This document shows, piece after piece, positions 25,966 to 39,647 of a DNA stretch of 64,000 bases. This stretch comes from the human T2T-CHM13v2.0 reference genome, Homo sapiens: NCBI RefSeq assembly GCF_009914755.1, contig NC_060935.1. One strand, 5' to 3'. Under the pieces are notes generated by a model. That model had not been told where the DNA came from, searched no databases, and saw only the letters and a program-made list of their open reading frames with translations. Made by a program: the position numbers and the translations under genes. Within the stretch, counting starts at the first letter, position 1. Each line of letters begins with the position of its first letter.

Positions 25966-27385
25966 TAATTTAAAGCCCAAACCGGAGGGCTGAGCAGAAA
26001 GTGAGGCAGATACAACTAAACCTGTACAACCTGAACATGACTGTAATACTCTCATCTTATGGTAAAATCAGTGGCATCTTTAAAGGTGCCTGTACTGGAA
26101 TACTGGAAAGGGTACAGAGAAGGATTTCAGACAAAGTGAGACAAGAAGCCGGAAACCCACAAGTAAAGTTACAAGGAAGATGATCTTCTCTTTCTTTCTC
26201 ATAACAGCAGTGAGCTCTGATCCACTAGGGCGGACAAAGAGCCCCTTCCCCATTTATCCCAACTCTCATCACTGTCTAAGCTTTTTCTAGATTTCTAACC
26301 CTTTTTTCAAGTTTTAGACATTCAATTCCCTTGGCTCCCTTAAGGAGCATTTAGACAATGAGAATCATCAAATGGTAATAATCTTCTTTTTGTGAGGGTT
26401 GAGGAAGACATTTCTTTTTAGGTTTGCTATCTGCTACTTTTCCTAAGTCTCGGGTATATACATCCCACAAATTATCATCACCATTATTGCCAAGAAGCCT
26501 CCTGCTAGTGAAGCACCCTTTCAGATGGCTTTCCTTTCTTAAAGACTCCTGGGAGGTGGCTTGCTTTTTGTCCCTTTCTGATAGCTGCCACAGCTGATTT
26601 TACATCTTGGGGGTTTCCTTCTCTAAGTAGAGGATATTTAAAAATTCTAATTATTGTTGTGATTATCTTACTTTGGTGGTTAAGACGAGCAAAGTGAAGA
26701 TGTTTCACTTTGTGCATTCGATGTATGGAGATCTTTTCTGTAGACATTTTTTCCCCCTTGGGAAAAGACAGAAGTGAAGGCCTTTCCATTGTTCAAGGTT
26801 CAAATAATGGCTCCACATGTACCGTGAGCTCAAAACAGTGTTCTGTGGCTCATGTGACCCAACAGATGAATGTTTTGGTCTACTGAATATCCCAAGAAGT
26901 AAAATAATAGTTGGAGTTTGAGGAAGGGGCATAGAAAAGGCCCAGACCCAGGTCATGTGCTTGGGTGGCTAGACTCATCTGGTGTTAGGCTTGTCTAAAC
27001 TTGTCAGAATGAACACGTGGGATCAAGTGCTTCTCTGGTCCCCATCGGCCTCTTACATCAGGTCAGTGTGAGTCTTTTATTTACTCAGGGGCCCAGAATA
27101 GACAGTATAGCCTGGGAGACTGGTGCCTTTTCCATCTTACTTTTTGGTCCATCTGTGCAATAAATGGACTTCTTTTTAAATTGCTTCACGTCTTCATGTT
27201 TCAGAGTGTTCAGCTCAGATAAACCAATGGAGTGGACCAAGAGACTGTAAATGATTGACATGAGTCCACTGAAGTCATCCTCCACCCAGCACCCTCTAAG
27301 ATGATCTCAGGAGGAGGATGTGGTCTTTCTGGCTCCCTGTTTCCTTACTCTTTCTGAAGCATATAAATGTTTCTCACTTTCAGAC

Positions 27386-27614
27386 TTTTTTTTTTTTTTT
27401 TTTTTTTGAGACAGGGTCTCACTCTGTCCCCAGGCTGGAGTGCAGTGGCGTGATCTCAGCTCACTGCAACCTCTGACTCCCTAGGTCAAGCGATTCTCCT
27501 GCCTCAGCCTCCTGAGTAGCTGGGACTACAGGTGTGCGCCACCACACCCAGCTAATTTTTGTATTTTTAGTAGAGACGGGGTTTCACCATGTTGGCCAGG
27601 ATGGTCTCGATCTA
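27386..27614 (-). mobile_element. 5'-truncated AluSc-like SINE
   Basis: Poly-T, complete right arm; left arm stops at ggatggtctcgatct. Confidence 0.9.
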
Positions 27615-28399
27615 CTTTACGATATTTAAAAACCACTAGTTAACAGAAAGAAGCTGTGTAATAAAACTAGCAAACATGTGCCAGGTAAAATGAGGCAATT
27701 ACCTGAAGCTCTCATGTGATCTACCTAGAAATGTGGATGGGGCTGGCCTGTTGTTCAGAATCCCTACTTAGATTCCCTTCCTAGAGCACCAAGAGGAAGA
27801 AGCTCTAGCTCCATTTATTACCAAGTCTCTGGGGGTGGAGCCCCTCAACTCCCCCGTCTCCTAGGCCAGGAGTCCCTCCCCTTCCTCTCAGAGCCCTGGA
27901 GACCCATTTAGGCAGAGCATCAGATATACATCATTCTCAAGGGAAGAATGAGAAGACAGGGGATGGGTGTCTTTTTCCTAGTACTCAGAAAGCAGTAAGT
28001 GAGTGGATAGAATTTCTCTAGTTTAATTCATTCTCTTAAGCCTTTGACACTAGATACCCCACTTATGGAAGCTAAAATCTAGTTTTAGATGGTATCTGAT
28101 ATTGTAAAAAAATTTTATGTTGAGCTATTTTAAGTTTAATATGTCCATGTTTCATGATGCTCCATAAAGAGCACCATGCCTGAGAGTTGTTTAGCCATAA
28201 AGAACAAGTTTGAGTAATGCTGAAACAGGTCATATGGACGCTTCTTAATTCAAGCGAGGCATTTACATCTTGGAAAGATGGTGGATTCATGTGAAGGTAT
28301 GTACACATCTTCCACTTGCCTCTAAACAAAGCATAAGCTAAGCAGAGGGATGAGCCATTCAACACCCTGGCCCCTCTTCTTCTTGACCTTCTTATGTCC

Positions 28400-30775
28400 A
28401 GCCATGTTTTTTTCTGTGGTCCTCCTCATTCCTATGACCATACTCTGTCTTGCAGGCAACATAAACTACACCACTTTGCAAATCTCAATTTCAAACACAT
28501 CATTTTCCAACTTACCAATTGTTCTACCTTTCTTGCACTGATACCTCCTGTTTTACAAATCTTTGCCTTCTTGGAGACCCTTAATCCTTTGACCCCACTC
28601 ATCCCTCATTTTCCACCAGCACCTGCTTAGCTTTACTTCCTTCCGAGTCCAGCTCAAATTCTATAGTTTTTCATTACAATTCCTTAACAAATACCTTCAG
28701 TTTCTGTGCTCTTCTCTCCTTTCATTAAACTTTTGTCTTGCAAAACTCCTGTTGGGCTTCTAAGTGCAACTTTCTTCTCCATGCCTGTTCCTGAGCAGCG
28801 GAACCCTAATGGAGAAAGCCACAAAACAAAGTTTTTTTTAAAAGAAATTAATTCATGATTACACATTTCAGTTGGGGACTCATAGCTGCCTGGCAACTCT
28901 ATTGTGTTCTAATAGACTTATTCTTCATTTCCCAACATAATCATTTCACATCTTTTCCTCCCTCTTCAAATTCCACATTCCCTTATCAGCACTCATTCTC
29001 CATAGGTGACCTCAATCCTTTCTGAAGAAATAGAAGCTACTGGATGCTAATTCCCTACTGATCCTACAAATCCACCTGCATCAGAAACAATTTCCTCCTC
29101 CTCTCTTATTATTATGGAGAGAGGATTTCTTCCCTATTAAAAGTCAATTCTCAGATGCTCTGGTTCTGCCTCCTACATTCTTAAAGATTGTATTTCTTGG
29201 TTATCCCCTGTCTCTACTGTGTCATTAATTTCTTCCACTGTACTGAATCATTTGCATCATAGAAACATGTTCTAGCATCTCCTGACTTATGAAACATCAA
29301 GAACATAGTAACCTTCCCTCAACCCTGTGCAATTCACCCAGTGTTTCCTTTTCTTTTCTTTTCTTTTTTTTTTTTTTAGTGGGTAGGGGAGGGAGTTGTT
29401 TGTCTTGGTCTCATACCTCATATTTACAACTCAATTCATTCCCATCTGGCTGCTTCCACACTCTACTGAAACTGCTTTTCTAAAGGTCACTGATGACTTT
29501 CCAGTGGCCAAATCAGTCCTCCTCTTGACTTCTCAGCAGAATTTGACACTGTTGTTTGTATTTCCTTCTTGAAACATGAAACTCTTTGTGGATGCTGTGA
29601 CTTCTTGGGTCCTGTGTTTGTTTTCTTTTTCTACCCCATGATCCACTTCTAGTTTTCTTTGCTGGGTTCTCCTCCTCCAAATGCTGGACTTCCTTGAGGC
29701 TAGATCATGAGACCTCCTTTTCCTTCTCTACATTCTCTTTCCAGGTATTCTCATTCCCGTGACTTTAAAATGCCATGTAGGTACTGACAATTGTCAGATT
29801 TGTCTCTCCAGCCCAGCCCTATCATCTGAACTCCAGACTTCCATATCCAAATATCTACTTCATATCTCTTCTGGAATGTCCCACTGACATCTTGAGTTAA
29901 TACATCCAAAAGAGAACTCTTCACTCCCACCTCTTCACTCAAAACCTCTCTTGCCTTGCCTGCTCTGTCTCAATAAATGTCACTGCCACTCATCCAATTA
30001 CCTAAATTAGAACTCTAGAAATTGTTCTTGATTCTTTCCTTTCTCTAACTCCTACCTTTCTAATCCAACAGCAAATTCTGTCAATTATACCTCCAAAATA
30101 GATTCTGCATTCATTTCCCATTTTCTACTGCCTTCCCCAATCCACGCTGCCATCTCTTTCCAACAGAATGATTGAAATACTCTTCTAACTAGGCTTCCTG
30201 TTTCAACTTTACCCCTTGTATTCCCCAAACAGCAATACAAATGACCATCCTAAAATATCTGTTAGATCATGCCACCTACTTGTATAAAATCCTTTAATGC
30301 AGTGTGAGTAAACCCAGCTCTTTCCCCTGCCTAATACAATACTATGCCATCTGTCCTTACTTTCACCCCTTTAGGAATGGGTTCCCAATTCTGTTTGTTC
30401 CAGTGAATCTGACTTTATTTAAACACTCCATAGATTCTTCCTCCTCTGGGTGTGGCCTACTGCTCCAGATGATCAGCCTGAAATGATCTTCCATGGTTTC
30501 TTTCCAATGAGAGCTTCTCACAGAGGCCTTCTCTAACTGTAGTATCTAAAGAACATACTCTCTTTCCATTATCTACCTAAGTCTTTTATTTCTTTGTTTC
30601 ATTAGCATAATGCAGAAGGGTTTTTTTGGTTGTTTGTTTTCTATAATCTTTACTAGAATTTACATTTTATGAGGACAGGGTCATGTCTTCTGTGTTTTCA
30701 TCATGTCCCTCTGGGATAGTGCCTAACTTTCAGGAGTGTAATTGTAGAATGTATGGATGAATAAATAATGAATGT
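28400..30775 (+). mobile_element. Long L2 LINE fragment (ORF2 RT region to 3' end)
   Basis: ctctactgaaactgcttttctaaaggtcactgatgac...cttgacttctcagcagaatttgacactgttg corresponds to STETAL.KVT.D...LD.S..FDTV; ends in gaatg-type repeats. Confidence 0.85.
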
Positions 30776-31029
30776 TAAATAAAGATATTTATTATAACAC
30801 CCAGCCTATTCAATAGACTTAATGGATCTCAGTTTACCTTCTCCTCAGTTCATGTGCACCTCCTCCTTTCTGGGATATAACAGGGTAACCCATTATGAAA
30901 CTAAACAGTTTAAACAAACTATTTCTGTGCAAGATGAGTGACCAGTTAAGGTTCTTATTTTTTAGGATTGGTCTTGCCTTCTTCAAATCCGACAGTCACT
31001 GTAGAGTAGGCAACAGGGTTTAATAAAGA

Positions 31030-31250
31030 AACAAGGGCTATGAAGAGAAGAGCCCAGGAATGAATCCCTGCAATCCTACTCTTGAGCTGCGCAACCTTGG
31101 GCAAGACATAGCCCTCTCTGATCCTCCATTTTTTTTTTTTTTCATTTGTAAAACGCGGAGAGTGATATCTCTTTTGTCTACTTCAAAGGGTTATAGTGGC
31201 AACTAGGTGGGATAATGTAAGTAAAAGACCTTGTCAATTGTAAAGTGTTG
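31030..31250 (+). mobile_element. MIR SINE
   Basis: accttgggcaag...catttgtaaaa...gggttatagtg core. Confidence 0.7.
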
Positions 31251-32601
31251 AATTAATGATTTCCAAGAGTTTCACCAAACTCTTCTTGTCAGGAAGTCAA
31301 CCATGACTTTCACATCCCTCCAAGGAATGATTTAAAGGTGACTTTCTATAGTGCTTGACCTCTACTAGGCTGGGACTAGTTTAAGTCCTGTGATCTCTTC
31401 CCACCCCACCTCCAGGTCCTACTTGTACCTTTCCCATAGAGAACATGTCAGCTGTTCTTTCTCCATAAGGCACAGTTCTGTCTGGTGGGACAGATAGCAT
31501 GTGGGGCTCACCAGCCATTGCTGCAGAACCAATGGATGATATTTCCTGTTTGGGTCGGTCAAGGCTGATGGTCTGGGGCAGCCAGCCACACCTGCTGTTC
31601 AGTACGCCCCTGCCACCCACAGGCCCTGCTAGAGGGGAACTGGAGCTGTGAAAACATAGCTCCCACTTCCACCAGCCTTGCCCTTTGTGGTAGCTGAACA
31701 GACACTTCAGCTGGCTTGGCTACTACCAATCTTAGCTTCCACGAGAAGCGAGTATTTTGGCTCTTACAGAGCTCACTGCTCAGGAGTGAGCTGGGTCACG
31801 ATGCTATACAAAGCAGTTTCCCCAGCTCCCCAGTTTGGGAGTGTTTGGCCCCAGGGTGTATTCTGGTGATCTCACCTGTAGGTTTTCAGACAGCTTCACG
31901 GCCATGGGTGTCCCCCAGCCTTCCCCGGGGTTCAGGACTTGGCTCATGTCATCTTTCTGCTTTTAGTCCCACCCTGTCCTTCTCTCTCCTCTCTTGTCTT
32001 TCTCTGTTTTAACCTTCTGACACCCAGAAGGTGGGGATTGTTAATGGGTCCTCTTATTCACAAGTCTCCACATTCTGTCTTATAGATTACTGCAGTGGCT
32101 GCTCAGTGCAGGTGTTGAGTGCCAGGAAGGTTGTGTCTCTCAGGTGGGGCAAGAGCTCTTTGCTGCCCACACTGTGATGCAGTCATGCCCCTATGTTCTC
32201 TCAGCTGAAGGCTCTTCTGCATTGTCCAAGAGACCAATTTTATATTCCTTATCCCGGCACTCAAGGTCCTTCCTAATGTGGCTCTAAGTGTTCTCTCTAG
32301 GCTTTCTTCCTCCCATGCCCCAAGTTCCTGCTGGGGCCTCTCTGCTCTACTCTGTTCACTAGATACATCTTCTTTCCCTGCTTCAGTCCTCCCACATTCC
32401 AAGGCTTACTCAAATGTTTCTTCATTGATTTGACCCATGCTGCTCTCTCATCGCTCTCAAGGCCAAGTGTCTCTCATCTACGCAGCACAGAGTGGCATCT
32501 TCTTTGCTGTTTTGCTTCATTATCCTTGTGTCCCTTGTGTATTATGTTTTTTTCTTTCCTATTAGGTTTTAGGCTCCTTAAGGTTGGGATGGTATCTTTC
32601 C

Positions 32602-32853
32602 TTAGTGGTCAGGAGCATATTTTGAGACCAAGACAAATTTGAGTGCAAATTGTATTTCTTCCTCTTATCAGTTATGTCACCTTTAGCAGGTTACTTAACT
32701 TCTCTGGGCCTCTGTTTTTTTATACAATGGAGATGATAATAGACCTTACCTTTTAAGGTAAAAAAATGAGAAAGGAAGAGATAATGTATGTAATGTATTT
32801 AGCACAATACCTGGCATATAATAAGTGTTCAATAAATGATAGTAATAGTTATT
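32602..32853 (+). mobile_element. MIR SINE
   Basis: ggttacttaacttctctgggcctc...cctggcatataataagtgttcaataaatg. Confidence 0.85.
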
Positions 32854-33251
32854 TTTTTTAAAGTCTTCTTTATCCCAAAGCACCCATCCCAGAGCAAGTA
32901 GTTGATGCTTATCCAACAATCGTGGATTATGTAGCAATCTATATAGATTAATTCATACCAAGGGTTAAGAAGGAAGGAGCAGAACCATGAACAGGCTTGC
33001 CTAGGGTGCCATACAGTGTAGCTGATGTCAGTGCACAGGTCTAAGAATGCTGATGAGCTGTGGAATAGGTCAGTTATCCCTGGTTTGGCCTGGAGGAGGG
33101 TGTGGCATCTACTTCAGGCCTCTGCTGTCCTAGTTCCTGGTACTAGGAGGACTATATTGCAACTGTATCTCTGCATCCATTAATTGTAGCCATTTTACAC
33201 CTACACAAGATGATCCCCTAAGATACCAAATTATGCTATCTCCTTGTCTTA

Positions 33252-33557
<306 letters not shown>

Positions 33558-34164
33558 AAAAATGACCACAGCATGAGGCCTCGGGATGATGGAGAGCTGA
33601 CCCTTTTCTTACCTCGGTGTGCACCGTCTGTCTCTGTGGGTGTCCTCAAAGCTCCCAGGACCGTGCCATGCTAGTAGCAGCTTCAGTCCCTCTGGGCCCA
33701 GCTGTAGAGGTGCCCTCAGGTCAGAGTACTGCAGATGGAACTCAGAAAACTTTGCAAAAGCAGGGGGGAAGAGGGGGCGGGCAGCTTCTGGGAGAGAGGG
33801 AGTCGGAGCCTGACAAATGGAGATACCTTGTGTGAGATCAGCAAAAGAGGAGGCACAGACACTTGACCTGGTTTGGAATTATTGCAAATCTATCAGGCTC
33901 TGTGCAAATTGAGACCATAATTCAGATTGTTCATATCATCACCAGCATCCCCATTTCCATTAAGCCCTGCTGTTCATCTCTCCTGGGCCTGGCTCTGTCC
34001 AGCAGCTAATTGAAGGGGTCAAGCTAGCACTAAATCAACAATCCAGTCCAGATAGGTCAGCCCCCACCCCAGTCCTTCCAACTCAGAGGCTGTGGTTAAC
34101 CTTGAACGGAATCTTATCTCCTCCTCAGCCTCAGGAGAAGCTTCAGTGGAAAGATGCTTGTTAA

Positions 34165-34410
34165 CAGGGCATGGTGGAAAGGGTACTGGACTGGAGGCCG
34201 GAAGAAGTGGGTTTGAACCCCAACTCTGCATCTCACTAGCTCTGTGACCTTGGGCAAGTTATAGAAACTGCTGAAACCTTGGGTTTCTCATCTGTAAAAT
34301 GAGAAAGATAAAGGGCATACCTGCTCTATCTACCTCAAAGGGTGGTATTAGGCAAATGCTGAAACATAGGCTGAGATGCTTTGAGGTTTATAGAACACCA
34401 TGCAAATGTG
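34165..34410 (+). mobile_element. MIR SINE
   Basis: ctagctctgtgaccttgggcaagtt...gtttctcatctgtaaaatgag. Confidence 0.85.
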
Positions 34411-34659
34411 GGTGCTTGTGGGTGCTTCCCTACATGGCCTCCAGGGGTTGTGCCCAGTGAATACCTAGCATCTGTCCAGCTTCTGTTCAGGCTGGCCTTG
34501 TCTCAGGTTTGAGGCTCTGTCTCCCTGTGGATCATGTCCCCTCAAGTAGGAGACTCAGAGAAAGAGCATCAGGTACCAATAGGGCTGGCAGCAAATCTGC
34601 CAGGCTGAGCGCTGGGCCCTCTCCCCCGGCCCTACTCAGATGGAAAGGGAAGCGGAAAA

Positions 34660-34880
34660 GGACTTTTATTGAGCACCTACTTGACAGGCTCCTCACTGGC
34701 CATTCTTCCTGCGCTCATACACTCTCCTTACCAAATACTTTGAGGTAGCTATCATCATCTCCAGCTTTCAGAGGAAGAAAGTCAGTCATAAAGAAATTAA
34801 CTCACTTGCCCGCGGTCGCCTAGCCAGTGAGTGGTGGGTCTGAATTAGATTCATTCTGTCTGCCTCAAAGCCTACCTCTT
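34660..34880 (-). mobile_element. MIR SINE
   Basis: tttattgagcacctac...gaggaagaaa...aactcacttgcccgcggtc. Confidence 0.7.
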
Positions 34881-36999
34881 CCAACCTCACCTGCTGACTC
34901 TCAACAGACCTTTCTGTACTTTGTCCTGGGGCAGTCAGGGCCAGGGACCAAGTAGTCACCCTCAGGGAGCAGGACTCCTTGCCACAGAGGTAGGGGAATG
35001 CTAAGCACAGGTGAGGATTTCCGCCTGCTTTGGAGACTGAGGGCAGCAAGGCATCCTGGGGATTGCCCTGTACCTGTAAGCTCAGGTCTTGGTCCTGCCT
35101 GGGGTCAGCCCCCCATGCCTACCCTCTCCCACCTCAGCCCCCTATCTGTGGGTGCACCCATCTTGTTCCCCCTGCACACAGCCTAACTGGGCTCTGACCC
35201 ATCAAGGAGCTAGGTGCAGGGCACTGTGCTCTAGCCCTTGTCCTCTAGCCCCGGGCCACAGGGTGTGTCCCCATCACTCACCGGGGAGCCAGTGCCAGCC
35301 TCATGGCCTCCGAGCAACACAAACCACCCACTGTGGCTGGGGCTCCTTTCCCAGTCCAGGATAATCATTTCAATGGAATGTTTTAAAGAGTCCTTTTCTA
35401 AATTAAACTAATAAATGGGATAGTAGCCGAGAGGCAAGAAGGGTCTCTGCTTAACATTGAAATAGAAATTAACCAGAAGGGGGAAAAATAATGTCCCCAG
35501 AGGTTATCAGGAGGCGATTTGAATCCTGTTCCCCTGTGGATGGAGTCATCTGAAGTCTAGCTGGGTCTGCCTGCTGTGAGGACCTCAGATGCTAAGGGGA
35601 AAATGAAGTCAGCTGCCACAGATGCCCCAACTCCCAGCTATGAGAAAAACTCTGGAAGGTGGACTTCATTTTCCATGTTTTATTCAAGATTTTTTTTTCA
35701 GATATGTCTCGTGCTCAGACTCTGAGATACCACAAAAGCATCCAAACCCAGCCTGTGACATTCACCCTCGTTCCTACCACCTCCCTTGCTGAGGAAGGTC
35801 CTTTGACTCTTCTTCCAGAGGAAAAGAATAAAAAATCAGAACCCAAATGGCTATGGAAAGGGCCCTCTCTACCCTTTCAGCTGGGACGGGTCATGGCCTT
35901 GTTCAGTGCCCACTGTGGGGGCTCTGGTTCCAGGACTGACTCAGGGCTACTTCAGCTTCTATCTGGCCATCTGACCGGGGTGGCATTCGAGGGGAAGTGA
36001 CATAGCCTCCTGCCACTAGCCGGGAAGGGCCATCAGGTGAACAGCTGCCTCTGGTTGTCTGAGACACCTCATTAAGGTGACATTGGTAGCCACCTGCAGA
36101 GGCACAATTTGAGGTGTAGCTTACCCTGGTCTCACCTCTGCCCATCCAGGCTGCTGGCTGCTTCCTCTGCTCCTGGGGAGTTGGCCCCAGCCCACCAGGA
36201 CCTCCTCTCAGCTTAATGTTCTCCTCCAGTTCCCCTTCCATGTGCTGACTGAGTATGGACCTCACCCGCAGCATACAAAGGTTTGCTGGTTGGTAGGCCA
36301 GACTATCAGGGCCCCTCACCCTTCTGGCTGCTCAGGTGTGACCCCTGCTGGTGGGAGTTGAGCTGGCCTGGGGGAACTTTTCTGGGACTGGTCGCTGTAG
36401 CTTTGAGTCTGTTTCTGGCAGGAGCAGGCTCTGCTGTGTTTGTGTACATTTGTTCAATCAGTGGACACCCGGGATTCCTGAGAAAGCTCCAAAGGCAGCT
36501 GTAGCCACAGTAGAGAGATAGCCATCCTGCCCTCTGCTAGGCTGGCCTCACGGGAATCATGTCACATAGGCCCCTCCAGGCCACAATCAGGGCTCCTTTA
36601 AGAAAGGCAGACTCTATACATCAAACCACAGCACCCTGTGCTCATCGAATCATGTGATAGGTAGAGAGGAATGCCCAGTCCTAGCCTTCCTATGGGACAT
36701 TCCTTCTGATTGACACCAAGGCGTAATGACTGGTAGAAATTCAGTGCATTCATTATCTCCATGGGTACGTTTTTTAATGGAGAAGGGCCTGAAGCCAGCA
36801 ATGATTTGACCTAATTCCAGAGCAAAGAGTTGGTTCCAGTGTCAAGCCTGCAATGGAGTGATGATTCTAGGATAGGGTTGGGCCAGAGCCTTTCTGAGAA
36901 CACCAGTGGTAGCAGACGACACTACTTACGGAGTGCTTACTGCGTGCCAGGCATGCTCGTTTAAAATGATCTGCTAGTAAGCATCTTGCCGTCGTCCTG

Positions 37000-37215
37000 C
37001 ATTTGAATTCTGATCTGTCACCTGGTAGCTGCGGTCTTTGGGCAAGCCTCTTACCCTCTCTGAATCTTAAGTCCTTCTGGAGGTAAAAAGATGTACTTCA
37101 CAGAGGAATTGAGATGATTACATTTATATGATCCTTGTATGTGCTAATCACAAAGGCACAAGCCTCCTTGTCCAGTGATTAGCACATATTCAACATTCAA
37201 TAAATGGTAGTAGCT
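37000..37215 (+). mobile_element. MIR SINE
   Basis: tttgggcaagcctcttaccctctctgaatct...attcaataaatggtag. Confidence 0.65.
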
Positions 37216-37929
37216 CTTTCATTTCATCCATTTCCTTTTTCTTTTTTTTGTAAAATGAGCATGATTTTGTGAGGCTAAGTGAAAAAAATATAGGGTATTA
37301 GTGCTTTGCAAATTGGAAGGGGGATATGCGATGTGTTTATTATTGATGTGATTTCTCACCCTAGGCAGTAACACACTTCTCCCCTCACTGCAACCTCGGC
37401 CCCCAGCAGAGCAGCTCTCCTACCTTCTGAGTCTGGCCCCCATCTAGCAGATGAGAGGGAGAACACATCACGCTCAGGAGCCAGACAGGCCATGCAGCGG
37501 TACCATCCAATGTTGTTCCCTCCCAGAATCATCCCCAGATTCGCCTTTGACTCCTGTGATGGTATCTCATTGGATAAGCCAAACTGATTAGCCACGTCAG
37601 AAAGTTTTTTATTCCCAAAGTTCAGAGAGCACTCTCCACATTGCTTCTCTGTGCCTTTCTTTGTGAGAGGAAAGGAATTAGAGTGGATCGTATCAAGGTG
37701 AAGGTAAGTCCCATTCTCTCCCTGCTTCCCTGAGAGCCAGCCTGGACCTGCTCGGAGGAACACTATCTTCTTATAATTGCATTTCCTTTCTGTCCTCTAA
37801 AAGCTTTTGTGCACTACTCCTTCACCGATTCACAGTAATACACTATTTGGTCGGCCTTCTTTTCTCATTTCCTTTGCTTTATTTGGTGGCTGTTCTCGTT
37901 TTTTTGCAGACTCTACTCAAATACATTTG

Positions 37930-38110
37930 ATATAAAGGAAAAAACTTAGGATTTAGCATCGGGAAACTCAGTTCTGACACTAGCAGGGTGATTTTGGTAA
38001 AATCACTTAACTCCTTTGTGCCTCTGTTTCCTTCATTTGGTAAAATGGGATTAATAATCAAATTACATAATAGACATTAAACTGCCTTGTAAACAATAAG
38101 TGCCATATAA
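37930..38110 (+). mobile_element. MIR SINE
   Basis: aaatcacttaactcctttgtgcctctgtttccttcatttggtaaaatggga. Confidence 0.75.
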
Positions 38111-38422
38111 AACTAGTTACAAGTCTCACAGCCTCTGAGTCCTCTTCCTTCTTGGCCTGGATCTTTTTCTTCCTAGCTACTCAATACAATGAAGACAGAG
38201 AAAAGCTAACATTTATTTAGAAACTGAATAACCAAAAAAAAAACAAAACCACTAAGTGCCAGGTGCATTTATATGTAGTATTCATTTAAGAAGTTTTCTC
38301 TTTGTTATGGAGATTTAAAAAACTTGCCTCAGTTTAATGTTATTGGTTCAACATTACACAATGATTAATCGGAGGATTTGAATTCCAATCTGTCTTGATT
38401 CAAGAAGCGAGGCTTTTCTGCT

Positions 38423-38877
38423 TGTGGTAGGAGGCTAAATAACGGCCCCTTGCAAATATGTCCATATTTTCATTTCCGGGACCTGTGAATGTTACCTCAT
38501 ATGGCAGAAGGGAATTTGCAGATGTGATTAAATTACAGATCTTGGGATGGGAACTTTATTCTGGATTATTGTGTGGGACAGATGTCACCACAAGTGTCCT
38601 TGTAAAAGAGAAGGTGCTATGAAGACAGTAGCAGAGAGAGATGGAGAAAGTGACCACGAGCCAAGAAATGCAAGAAATACAGCTGTGGTAGCTTGAAAAG
38701 CAAGGAAATGGATTCTCATCTAGAGTTTCCAGAAGGAACCAGCCTTGCTGACACCTTGCCTTTAGGCCAGTGAAACTGATTTCCAATTTCTCGCTTCCAG
38801 AATTAGAATAAATCTATGTTGTTTTAAGCCCCCAAGTTTGTGGTAATTTGTTATTGCAGCTGCAGGAAAAGAATACA
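38423..38877 (+). mobile_element. MLT1D-like solo LTR
   Basis: tgtggtagg...cctgtgaatgttacctcatatggc...gaataaatctatgttgttttaagcc...gaataca. Confidence 0.85.
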
Positions 38878-39049
38878 CCATTCTATCACGCTGTGCCCTT
38901 CACCATTTCATATCTCTTTGCCACCTAAAAGGTCCAAATTATAGCCTTTCCCAAGCTCTCCCATGTCCTAGGGTGACAGACTGTTCTTCCCAGTCAAAGC
39001 AATTGGCTGGCAAATACTTAACAGATACCTACTAGGAGACCAACCCTGT

Positions 39050-39647
39050 GTAAGACATTAGTTATCTGTGGTGCAACTCTAAAATGCAGTAGCTCAAAAC
39101 AGTAAACATTTTATTACCTCCCACAGTTCTGTGGGTCAGGAAGCCAAGTGGTTCCGGTTCAGAGTCTCTCATGGGGCCTCAGTCAAGATGCTAGCTGGGG
39201 CTGCACTTATCTGGAGGCTTGCCTGCAGCTGGAGGATCTACTTTCAAGACGGAAAAAAAGGTTTAGGACTTAGCATTTTAAAATGTCTGACATTTCTTTC
39301 ATTCTATAGTAAGTGATTCACGCAGTTGTTGGCAGACCTCAAGGGCTATTCATTGGCAGGAGGCTTCGGTTCCTCACCATATGGGCCTCTCCATTGGGCT
39401 GAGTGTCCTCATGACATGGCGGTTACCTTCTCCCAGAGTAAAAGATCACACAGAGAGAGGGGGGCGGGAAGATAGGAAGCACCATGTTTTTATGACCTAC
39501 TCTCAGGAGTCATATATGCTGTCACTGCCGCCACATTCTAATTGTTAGAATCAAATCACTAAGTACAGCCCACATTCAAAAGGAGGAGAATTAGGCTCCA
39601 CTTTTTAAAGAGACAAGGATTTGTGAACATATTTTAAAACCACCACC
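39050..39647 (-). mobile_element. MLT1G/H-like LTR with a ~60-bp foreign insert
   Basis: cacagttctgtgggtcaggaa...gggcctctcca...gagtgtcctcatgacatggc...ttttaaaaccaccac. Confidence 0.78.
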
